Shown here: in pieces, positions 46,161 through 54,527 of the stretch | Position numbering within the stretch: position 1 is the first letter of the stretch | How the letters are laid out: each line of letters starts with the position of its first letter | From: Flavobacterium sp. | GTDB taxonomy: Bacteria > Bacteroidota > Bacteroidia > Flavobacteriales > Flavobacteriaceae | Direction: 5' to 3' | Assembly (NCBI GenBank): GCA_020048955.1 | Contig: JAIFLT010000044.1 | Coordinates: forward strand, 1 to 54,527 | DNA length: 54,527 nt | Notes under the pieces: generated by a model | What the model saw: the letters and a program-made list of their open reading frames with translations, nothing else | What the model was told of the DNA's origin: nothing | Database searches by the model: none | Translations under genes and position numbers: made by a program

Positions 46161-49100
46161 GTGTTTATGAGCCAATCCCAAAATAGTATTGAAAAAGTAA
46201 ATAATACTGTAACGACAAATCTTGTTGATATGAACATAATATCAATAGAAGGAGAAGTTTACTATAAAATATCCAATAACGATGCCATGCGACCTTTTTT
46301 CATGAGTATCGTTAGCGATTCTAATCATTGGATGTTTATTTCCAGTAATGGCGGATTAACAGCTGGAAGAAAAAATGCTGAATTTGCCCTTTTTCCTTAC
46401 TATACAGATGATAAAATAACCGAATTCGCTGATATTACTGGAAGTAAAACTATTTTTCAAGTTGAAAGTAACAACGAAAAATACATATGGGAACCTTTTT
46501 CTGAACGATTTAATGATAAATACAACTTAACTCGAAATTTATACAAAAACGAGTTTGGTAACAAAATCATTTTTGAAGAAATTCATAATGATTTTCAATT
46601 AACTTTCAGATACCAATGGAGTTCTAGTAATTTATTCGGATTTGTAAAAAAATCGGATATAATTAATAACTCTCAAAATGACTATAAAATAACACTTCTT
46701 GATGGAATTCAAAATGTTTTACCTCAAGGAGTTAATAGTGATTTACAAGCTACAACAAGTAATCTTGTAGATGCTTACAAAAGAAATGAATTGCATGCAG
46801 CAAGTGGTTTAGGCATTTTTGCGTTAAGTGCCATTATTGTTGATAAAGCAGAACCAAGCGAAGCGCTAAAAGCAAATATAGCTTGGTCTTTAGGTTTGGA
46901 TAATCCAACTTATTTGCTTTCTTCATTGCAGCTTTCTTCTTTTAGAAAATTTCAAAAATTGCATCAAGAAACAGATGTTAAAGGCGAAAAAGGTGCTTAT
47001 TTTGTCTCGTCAGATTTGTTTTTGACAAAAAATTCCTCTAAATCGTGGAAGATTATTGCTAATGTAAATCAAAATCAAGCTCAAGTTATTCAATTAGCAG
47101 AAGCTATTTGCAATGATAATACGTTAGACAATCAAATATTTCAAGATATTGAGTTGGGTAATCAAAACCTTATCGCTCTAAATGCAACTGCCGACGGATT
47201 ACAATTTACAGCAGACAAGCGAAAAGATACGCGCCATTTTTCAAATGTTTTATTCAACATTATGCGCGGAGGTATTTTTGATAATAATTATGCCATCGAT
47301 AAAAATGATTTTGTAAATTACATAGCTAAAGCAAACAAATCCTTATTTCAAGAAGAAAGTAAATTTCTAGATAATTTACCAGAAATTTTTGATTATTCTC
47401 ATCTTCAACACTTAATCTCAAATAGTGAAAATGCCGATTTAATTCGTCTTTGTACCGAATATCTTCCGCTTAAATTTAGTAGAAGGCACGGTGATCCAAG
47501 TCGTCCATGGAATAAATTTTCAATTAATACCAGAAGTGAAATTGATGGTTCTAAAATATTAGATTACGAAGGAAATTGGCGTGATATTTTTCAAAATTGG
47601 GAATCGTTAGCTAATGCTTATCCTGAGTTTATCGACGGAATGATTCACAAGTTTTTGAACGCTTCTACTTTTGACGGATACAATCCTTATCGTGTTACCA
47701 AAGATGGTTTTGATTGGGAAACTATAGAGCCAGACAACCCATGGTCATACATTGGTTATTGGGGTGATCATCAAATTATCTATTTATTGAAGTTTTTAGA
47801 GTTTATAGAAAAATACCAACCAGGAAAACTAAACGCTTATTTTGATAAAGAATGTTTTGTTTATGCTGCGGTTCCATACACTATAAAGCCATTTAAAGAT
47901 ATTCTTAAAAATCCAAAGGATACTATCGAGTTTAATCACGAATGGGATGCAAAAATTAACCAACGCCGTAAACAAAATGGTGCTGATGGTGCACTTTTGA
48001 GAGATAATAACGACGAAATTTATCATGTAAATCTAATTGAGAAATTATTGGCTACCGTTTTGGCAAAAATGTCCAATTTTATTCCAGAAGCAGGTATTTG
48101 GATGAATACCCAACGTCCAGAATGGAATGACGCTAATAATGCTTTAGTAGGTAATGGTGTATCCATGGTTACGCTTTATTATTTGAGAAGATTTTTAAAG
48201 TTTTTCCAACAATTATTAGATAATTCTAACCAAGAAACCATCAAAATTTCTAACGAAATGGTAGAATTTTATCATGCCATCAGACAAATTCTATTAGATA
48301 ATCAACATTTATTATCTGGTTCAATCTCTAATGAAGAAAGACAAAAGATACTCAATGCTTTAGGTCAAGTGGCTTCAGAATATCGTTTTCAAGTTTATAA
48401 CAGCGGTTTTTGGGGTAAAAAGAGAACACATTCAATGCAAGGACTGAAGAATTTTGCTAAAGTTAGTATTGATTTTATCGAACATTCTATAAAAGCCAAT
48501 CAAAGAGAAGATAAGTTGTATCATGCTTATAACTTAATGTCTATTAAAATTAGTGGCATTTCTATTTCTTATTTACCAGAAATGCTTGAAGGCCAAGTAG
48601 CTATTTTAAGTTCAGGTTTTCTATCAGGCAAACAATCTTTAGAAGTATTGGATGCTTTAAGAAAAAGTGCCTTATACAGAAAAGATCAAAACAGTTATAT
48701 TTTATATCCCAATAAAGAACTTCCAAAGTTTTTAGAAAAAAATACAATTCCAGGAGAGAAAGTAGAAAAATCCCTTTTGTTAAAACAACTTTTAAAGGAC
48801 AATAATTTTCAAATAATCAATAAAGATATCAAAGGAAACTATCATTTTAATGGTAATTTTCACAATGCTAACGACTTAAAAAATGCTTTAAATCAACTGG
48901 CTTCCAATAATGATTATAAAGAATTAGTTTCAAAAGATTCAAGTGCTATACTTCAAATTTTTGAAGACGTATTCAATCACAAAGCATTTACAGGTCGTTC
49001 AGGAACTTTTTATGGTTATGAAGGTTTAGGTTCTATTTATTGGCACATGGTTTCCAAATTGTATTTGGCCTTAATGGAGGTTATCAATAAAGCTATCGAA

Positions 49101-49643
49101 AATAAGGAAGATAAAGCTGTAATTGATGCTTTAGTAAATCATTTTGATGAAGTTGGAGCCGGAATAGGAATTCATAAATCACCAGAAGTTTACGGAGCAT
49201 TTCCAACCGATCCTTATTCGCACACACCTTTTGGTAAAGGTGCACAACAACCAGGAATGACAGGTCAAGTGAAAGAAGATATCTTGACTAGGATTGGAGA
49301 ATTAGGCGTGAAAATGAAAGATGGAAAATTACAATTCCAACCAAGCTTCCTCAAAAAAGAAGAGTTTTTATCTAAAGATACCGTGGCAACTTTTGTAATG
49401 GTTGATGGTTCAAAAAAAGTGATAAACCTTGAAAAAAACTCTTTAGCATTTACAACATGCCAAGTACCAATTATTTATAAAATTAATACAACCAATAAAA
49501 TTATTTTACACTATAAAAATGAGTCAACAAAAACTTTTGAAACATTAGAATTAAACAAAGAAGAAAGCAAAAAAATATTCGATAGAACCGATGAAATTAC
49601 ATGGGTTGAAGTTTATTTAAACGCAACTATTTTAAGAAAATGA
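46161..49643 (+). CDS. GH149-type beta-1,3-glucan phosphorylase
   Basis: FSRRHGDPSRPWN, YEGNWRDIFQNWE, GIWMNTQRPEWNDANNALVG and FPTDPYSHTP; no signal peptide; start GTG 46161 or ATG 46167. Confidence 0.82.
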   Translation: MFMSQSQNSIEKVNNTVTTNLVDMNIISIEGEVYYKISNNDAMRPFFMSIVSDSNHWMFISSNGGLTAGRKNAEFALFPYYTDDKITEFADITGSKTIFQVESNNEKYIWEPFSERFNDKYNLTRNLYKNEFGNKIIFEEIHNDFQLTFRYQWSSSNLFGFVKKSDIINNSQNDYKITLLDGIQNVLPQGVNSDLQATTSNLVDAYKRNELHAASGLGIFALSAIIVDKAEPSEALKANIAWSLGLDNPTYLLSSLQLSSFRKFQKLHQETDVKGEKGAYFVSSDLFLTKNSSKSWKIIANVNQNQAQVIQLAEAICNDNTLDNQIFQDIELGNQNLIALNATADGLQFTADKRKDTRHFSNVLFNIMRGGIFDNNYAIDKNDFVNYIAKANKSLFQEESKFLDNLPEIFDYSHLQHLISNSENADLIRLCTEYLPLKFSRRHGDPSRPWNKFSINTRSEIDGSKILDYEGNWRDIFQNWESLANAYPEFIDGMIHKFLNASTFDGYNPYRVTKDGFDWETIEPDNPWSYIGYWGDHQIIYLLKFLEFIEKYQPGKLNAYFDKECFVYAAVPYTIKPFKDILKNPKDTIEFNHEWDAKINQRRKQNGADGALLRDNNDEIYHVNLIEKLLATVLAKMSNFIPEAGIWMNTQRPEWNDANNALVGNGVSMVTLYYLRRFLKFFQQLLDNSNQETIKISNEMVEFYHAIRQILLDNQHLLSGSISNEERQKILNALGQVASEYRFQVYNSGFWGKKRTHSMQGLKNFAKVSIDFIEHSIKANQREDKLYHAYNLMSIKISGISISYLPEMLEGQVAILSSGFLSGKQSLEVLDALRKSALYRKDQNSYILYPNKELPKFLEKNTIPGEKVEKSLLLKQLLKDNNFQIINKDIKGNYHFNGNFHNANDLKNALNQLASNNDYKELVSKDSSAILQIFEDVFNHKAFTGRSGTFYGYEGLGSIYWHMVSKLYLALMEVINKAIENKEDKAVIDALVNHFDEVGAGIGIHKSPEVYGAFPTDPYSHTPFGKGAQQPGMTGQVKEDILTRIGELGVKMKDGKLQFQPSFLKKEEFLSKDTVATFVMVDGSKKVINLEKNSLAFTTCQVPIIYKINTTNKIILHYKNESTKTFETLELNKEESKKIFDRTDEITWVEVYLNATILRK

Positions 49644-49737
49644 AATCGCCACTAACAAAAAGCTTGTTGCAAACAAGCACAAATAAATAAAAGGCGATAC
49701 CATATGTTACCACTAAAAAATAAAATTTAAACATATG
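49640..49737 (+). ncRNA. Candidate structured cis-element, copy B
   Basis: Fills the GH149-GH17 spacer; ATCGCC/GGCGAT stem enclosing GCTTGT-TGCAA-ACAAGC. Confidence 0.6.
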
Positions 49738-50985
49738 AAAAACCTGATTTACATCATATTAGTATTGTTTATATCTTGTAAACCAACCTACACAAGAAAT
49801 TTAGTTTCAAAAGAAATGACGGCAGAAAAATTATTAGGAAATACAGAATACCAAGCCATTTGTTATGGTGGTTATAGAACTCAAACTAGAGAAAAGCAAC
49901 CAACGATAACAGAAATTAAAGAAGATTTGCGACTACTTTCTGCTATGAATATTAAAGTTTTACGAACTTATAATGTTCATTATGAAGAAGTATCCAATTT
50001 ATTGAAAGCCATTACAGAATTAAAAATTGCCGATGAAAATTTTGAAATGTACATAATGCTTGGCGCATGGATTGATTGTAAAAACGCTTGGACAAATTTG
50101 CAACCCATTCATAACGAAGAAAGTGAAAGAAATGCAATCGAAATTGAAGAAGCGGTAAAATTAACAAATAAATATCCAGAAATCATTAAAATTATTGCCG
50201 TTGGTAATGAAGCAATGGTGAAATGGGCAACTAGTTATTATGTAACGCCAAATATCATTTTAAAATGGGTAAATCATTTGCAAGATTTAAAGAAAGAAAA
50301 TAAGTTACCTAAACAAGTTTGGATAACAAGTTCGGATAATTTTGCGTCTTGGGGCGGACATACAGCCGATTATCATGTTGAGGATTTGAATCAATTAATA
50401 AAAGCGGTTGATTATATTTCGATGCACACTTATCCAATGCACGACACACATTATCACCCAGTTTTTTGGGGTATAAAAGAGAGTGAATTGCAACTATCAG
50501 AAAAAGAAAAAATAGACGCTGCAATGGTAAGATCTCGAAATTATGCTATTAATCAATATGATAGTGTTGTTAATTATATGAAGTCAATTGGTGTTAATAA
50601 ACCAGTTCATATTGGTGAAACAGGTTGGGCTACAAAGTCTAATGAACATTATGGAAATGAGGGTTCGAAGGCAACAGATGAGTACAAGTCAGCCTTGTTT
50701 TATGACTTGATGAGAGAATGGAGCAACGAAAATAATATTTCGTGTTTCTATTTTGAAGCTTTTGATGAAAATTGGAAAGATGCAGCCAATCCGTTAGGTT
50801 CAGAAAACCATTTTGGCTTAATTAATTTACAATCACAAGCAAAATATGTGCTTTGGAAAAATGTAGATAACGGAACTTTTAAAGGTTTAACTAGAGATGG
50901 AAAACCAATAACAAAAACTTACAATGGCGATGAAAAAGTTTTATGGTTGGATGTTAAAACACCAAATTCTATTTTAAAGAATTAA
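49735..50985 (+). CDS. GH17 beta-1,3-glucanase, lipoprotein
   Basis: Lipobox FIS-C; LRTY, LGAWI, IAVGNE, IGETGW and FEAFDE. Confidence 0.88.
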   Translation: MKNLIYIILVLFISCKPTYTRNLVSKEMTAEKLLGNTEYQAICYGGYRTQTREKQPTITEIKEDLRLLSAMNIKVLRTYNVHYEEVSNLLKAITELKIADENFEMYIMLGAWIDCKNAWTNLQPIHNEESERNAIEIEEAVKLTNKYPEIIKIIAVGNEAMVKWATSYYVTPNIILKWVNHLQDLKKENKLPKQVWITSSDNFASWGGHTADYHVEDLNQLIKAVDYISMHTYPMHDTHYHPVFWGIKESELQLSEKEKIDAAMVRSRNYAINQYDSVVNYMKSIGVNKPVHIGETGWATKSNEHYGNEGSKATDEYKSALFYDLMREWSNENNISCFYFEAFDENWKDAANPLGSENHFGLINLQSQAKYVLWKNVDNGTFKGLTRDGKPITKTYNGDEKVLWLDVKTPNSILKN

Positions 50986-50990
50986 AAGAA

Positions 50991-52508
50991 ATGGTAAATA
51001 ATAATAATAGTAAAAAAGTTGATAGTAAATTTTTGATAATAGCTTGTATTATGGCGTTTTCATTGCATAGTTGTAAAGTTGCGGAAAAATTAAATGTTCA
51101 AGTTTATGAAACTTCTGAAAGAGGCAATTCATTGACAGAAATTACCCAATTTTCTAACGAAGGAACTCCAGTTGTTGTTACTATTAATCCGGATGAAAAA
51201 TTTCAAACCATTACAGGTTTTGGAGGTTCATTTACCGAATCTTCGGCTTACTTACTCAATCGATTGAGTAAAGAAAACCGTAAGAAAATTTTAAATGCTT
51301 ACTTCAGTGAAGATGGTGCTAATTATTCGCTTACTCGAACACACATTGCGTCTTGCGACTTTTCGTTGAGTAATTATACCTATGCCAAAGTTGAAAACGA
51401 TATGACTTTGGAACATTTTACCATAGAAGATGATAAATCCGATTTGATTCCGATGATTTTAGATGCAAAGACTATTTCTAAAGAAGGGTTTAAAATTATA
51501 GCTTCGCCTTGGTCTTGTCCGCCTTGGATGAAGGACAATAAAAAATATATTGGAGGAAAATTATTACCAGAATTCAACGATACATTCGCTTTATATTTTT
51601 CAAAATATTTGAATGCTTATAAAAAGGAAGGTATCGATATTTGGGGTTTAACAGTGATTAATGAACCACACGGAAACGGAAATAACTGGGAAAGTACGCT
51701 TTTTTCTCCAAAAGAAATGACCGATTTTGTAATGAATCACATGGGACCAAAATTAGAAAAAGATGGTTGGGGAAATGTGAAGATTCTTGGATATGACCAA
51801 AATCGTGCTGGCATTAAAGAATGGGCAAACGAAATGTATAAAGATGAAAACACCTCTAAATATTTTGACGGAATGGCCATCCATTGGTATGAAAGTACCT
51901 ACGAAGTTTTTCCAGAAGATTTAAAATACGCACACCAAAAAGCTCCAAATAAATACCTAATTGAAACTGAAGGATGTGTCGATTCCGAAATTCCGCACTG
52001 GCAAGACGATGCTTGGTATTGGAAAAAAGAAGCCACCGATTGGGGTTGGGATTGGGCAAGTGAAAAAGAAAAATATCTACATCCAAAATACGCGCCAGTA
52101 AATCGTTATGCCAATGATATAATAGGATGTCTAAATAATAAAGTCGATGGTTGGATTGATTGGAACATGGTTCTTGACCGCCAAGGTGGACCCAATTGGT
52201 TCAAGAATTGGTGTGTAGCTCCAGTAATCGTTGACCCCGAAAAAAACGAAGTTTACTTTACACCTTTGTATTATGTGATGTCACATTTTAGCAAATTGAT
52301 AAGACCTGGAGCTGTAAAAATAGGTTGTACAATAAATAGTAAAGAAGTAGTTGCAACCGCAGTAAAAAACCCCGATGGAACAATCGCTTTAGTGGTTTTT
52401 AACCCAACAGATAACAAAAAAACAATTGATATTCAATTAAATAATAAAAATGCAATTATTTCTATTGATAAAAAAGCATTGCAAACCATAATAATCAAAC
52501 CAAACTAA
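50991..52508 (+). CDS. GH30 hydrolase (probable beta-1,6 debranching enzyme), lipoprotein
   Basis: QTITGFGGSFT, ASCDFS, ASPWS, INEP, ETEGC and WIDWNMVLD; lipobox LHS-C. Confidence 0.9.
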   Translation: MVNNNNSKKVDSKFLIIACIMAFSLHSCKVAEKLNVQVYETSERGNSLTEITQFSNEGTPVVVTINPDEKFQTITGFGGSFTESSAYLLNRLSKENRKKILNAYFSEDGANYSLTRTHIASCDFSLSNYTYAKVENDMTLEHFTIEDDKSDLIPMILDAKTISKEGFKIIASPWSCPPWMKDNKKYIGGKLLPEFNDTFALYFSKYLNAYKKEGIDIWGLTVINEPHGNGNNWESTLFSPKEMTDFVMNHMGPKLEKDGWGNVKILGYDQNRAGIKEWANEMYKDENTSKYFDGMAIHWYESTYEVFPEDLKYAHQKAPNKYLIETEGCVDSEIPHWQDDAWYWKKEATDWGWDWASEKEKYLHPKYAPVNRYANDIIGCLNNKVDGWIDWNMVLDRQGGPNWFKNWCVAPVIVDPEKNEVYFTPLYYVMSHFSKLIRPGAVKIGCTINSKEVVATAVKNPDGTIALVVFNPTDNKKTIDIQLNNKNAIISIDKKALQTIIIKPN

Positions 52509-52528
52509 CCTTTAAAAAAAAAACACCT

Positions 52529-54527
52529 ATGTCAAACACTACTTCATCTTCATCAGGAAAAGTTCCAATCGGACAAAAAATCGCCTTTGGTATTGGTATG
52601 CTTGCAAACCAAATGTTTCCAGCTGTGTTGGGTATTTTCGCCGTGATATTAGTTGAAAAACTAGGTTTTAGTGGTATATTACAAGGTATTGCTTTTTTTA
52701 TACCCAAATTTTATGATGCTCTTTTAGATTTAATTATGGGATATGTAAGTGATAATACTAAATCTAAATGGGGCAGAAGAAGACAATATGTATTAGCTGG
52801 AGCAATTATTTTAGGTATTTCATTTGCATTTTTGTGGCAGTTATACCCAGAAAATGGTGTAACATACAATTTTTGGTACTTTTTAGGTATTTCCTTTATT
52901 TTTTATTCAGGACTTACTATTTTTAGTATTCCTTATGTAGCGATGGGTTATGAAATGAGCGATGATTTTCATGAGCGTACCAGTATTATGGCAACTTCTC
53001 AACTTATTGGTCAATTAGCTTGGGTTGCAGCTCCTTGGTTATATGTTGTTATGTATGATACAAAATTATTTCCATCTACCGATTTTGCGGTGCGAGATTT
53101 ATCGGTGTATATTGCCATTGGTTGTGCGATTTTAGCAGCAATTCCAGCATTTTTTATTCCAAGTAAATCTACGTTGAACGAAAATTATAGCCCTATTGAT
53201 TTAAAAGGAATTCTAGGTAGTTTTGGCGAAATCAAAGAAGGATTGAAAGCTTCGATAGAAATTAAACCATTCAGAAAAATTTGTATTGCTACTTTTTTAA
53301 TTTTTAATGCTTTTCAAACCACAGCCGGATTTTCTTACTTCATCATTAAATATTATTTATTTAAAGGAAATGAAAACGGTTTTGGATTATGGCCTACGTT
53401 ATTTGGATGTGTAGGAGCACTTATCACTACAATAGTGGTTATTCCTATCGTGGCAAGAATGTCAAAAACAATGGGAAAAAAGAAAGCGTTTTTGGTTTCT
53501 CAAGGGATTTCTGTAGTGGGTTACATCTTACTTTTTTTATTGTTTGTTCCAGGAAAACCCTATCTTTTTTTGTTTGCATTACCATTTTTCTCATTCGGAA
53601 TTGGAAGTTTATTTACTTTAATGATGTCGATGACTTCCGATGTAATTGATATTGATGAACTCAATACAGGCAAAAGAAGAGAAGGAAGTTTGGGTGCTAT
53701 TTATTGGTGGATGGTAAAATTTGGTACTGCAGTTGCAGCTTTATTAAGTGGTTTAATTCTTTCTTTGGTCGCTTTTCAATCAAATGCTGATACACAAACC
53801 GATGAAACCATGTTTTGGTTACGAATTTTCTTTGTCGGAATTCCAATTTTAGGAACATTAACTGCAATTTGGGTAATGAAAGATTATGATATAGATGAAG
53901 CCAAAGCCAGAGAAGTAAGAGATCTTTTAGATAAACGAAAAGGTAAAACAAAAACCCAATCTTCTGCTTATCTTTCAGGAAAATTAGTTTCTATAGTAAA
54001 GAATAGTTCAATAAATACTATCGCTGGTAAAGATGTAAGTTCAAAAAATGAAGCCGAAATGAAAGCTGAATTTACTAAAGTATTAGAAAATGGAATGAAC
54101 GGAATTTGTTTTAGTCCCTACATCGAAGGTCAAAACGAAGGCGATATCTTGTCAGCTGAACAAATAAAAAGACGATTAGACATTATTGCCCCACATACGA
54201 AATGGATTCGTACTTTTTCTTGCACCAAAGGAAATGAATTAGTACCCGAAATTGCTCATGCAAAAGGATTAAAAACAATTGTTGGTGCTTGGATAAGCAA
54301 TGATTTGGATAGAAATGAAAAAGAAATTCAATCGTTGATTTCTTTAGCAAAAGCTGGATTAGTTGATGTGGCAGCAGTAGGAAATGAAGTCCTTCATCGT
54401 GATGAAATTTCCGAACTACAAATTATTGCTTATTTAAAAAGAGTGAAAGAAGCAATTCCAAATATCCCTGTTAGTTATGTTGATGCCTATTATCAATTTT
54501 TAGACAGACCCAATTTAATTGCTAGTT
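52529..54527 (+). CDS. MFS (GPH/MelB-like) sugar transporter fused to a GH17 domain; 3'-truncated by the window
   Basis: Manual translation is open from ATG 52529 to the end: GYVSDNTKSKWGRRRQY, TGKRREG, linker, then CFSPY, WIRTFS, VGAWI and AVGNE. Confidence 0.9.
   Translation, partial: MSNTTSSSSGKVPIGQKIAFGIGMLANQMFPAVLGIFAVILVEKLGFSGILQGIAFFIPKFYDALLDLIMGYVSDNTKSKWGRRRQYVLAGAIILGISFAFLWQLYPENGVTYNFWYFLGISFIFYSGLTIFSIPYVAMGYEMSDDFHERTSIMATSQLIGQLAWVAAPWLYVVMYDTKLFPSTDFAVRDLSVYIAIGCAILAAIPAFFIPSKSTLNENYSPIDLKGILGSFGEIKEGLKASIEIKPFRKICIATFLIFNAFQTTAGFSYFIIKYYLFKGNENGFGLWPTLFGCVGALITTIVVIPIVARMSKTMGKKKAFLVSQGISVVGYILLFLLFVPGKPYLFLFALPFFSFGIGSLFTLMMSMTSDVIDIDELNTGKRREGSLGAIYWWMVKFGTAVAALLSGLILSLVAFQSNADTQTDETMFWLRIFFVGIPILGTLTAIWVMKDYDIDEAKAREVRDLLDKRKGKTKTQSSAYLSGKLVSIVKNSSINTIAGKDVSSKNEAEMKAEFTKVLENGMNGICFSPYIEGQNEGDILSAEQIKRRLDIIAPHTKWIRTFSCTKGNELVPEIAHAKGLKTIVGAWISNDLDRNEKEIQSLISLAKAGLVDVAAVGNEVLHRDEISELQIIAYLKRVKEAIPNIPVSYVDAYYQFLDRPNLIAS

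Noticed and set aside
53389-53951. Two short ORFs listed in the track
   Set aside because: Out-of-frame or antisense to the MFS-GH17 reading frame
1-54527. tRNA or rRNA genes
   Set aside because: No cloverleaf/T-loop signatures or rRNA-like segments noticed in the intergenic regions; not confirmed by a scan

Overview
AT-rich chromosomal window from a Bacteroidota bacterium, most likely Flavobacterium. The evidence is TAnnTTTG promoters, a T9SS C-terminal domain and Flavobacterium-type repeats. The first ~35 kb is mostly housekeeping: typA, ychF, parE, parC, fhs, kup, an ECF sigma operon, menD, cvfB and uvrA. It has two accessory patches. (i) The parE-parC pair is split by a HEPN/MNT toxin-antitoxin pair, a UvrD/HelD-like helicase with a nuclease-like insertion and a hypothetical gene. 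The last two are bracketed by an intact and a pseudogenised copy of the same small membrane-protein gene, and a Xre/RES toxin-antitoxin pair follows parC. (ii) A Tat-exported HisC-like gene has integron-cassette-like flanks and sits beside mobile-element debris. From 35.6 kb to the end is a beta-1,3-glucan (laminarin-type) utilisation locus: T9SS binding protein, LuxR-type sensor-regulator, GH16, GH149 phosphorylase, GH17 and GH30. No susC/susD is present in the window. Instead the locus carries two apparent hydrolase-transporter fusions: a clan GH-A enzyme joined to a probable outer-membrane beta-barrel, and an MFS permease joined in frame to GH17 (missing from the ORF track; runs off the window). 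Non-coding highlights are a ~100-nt structured element present twice with compensatory base changes, paired operator sites for the glucan regulator, a Flavo-1-like RNA, and ECF and sigma54-like promoter motifs. Family calls come from motif recognition, not database searches.
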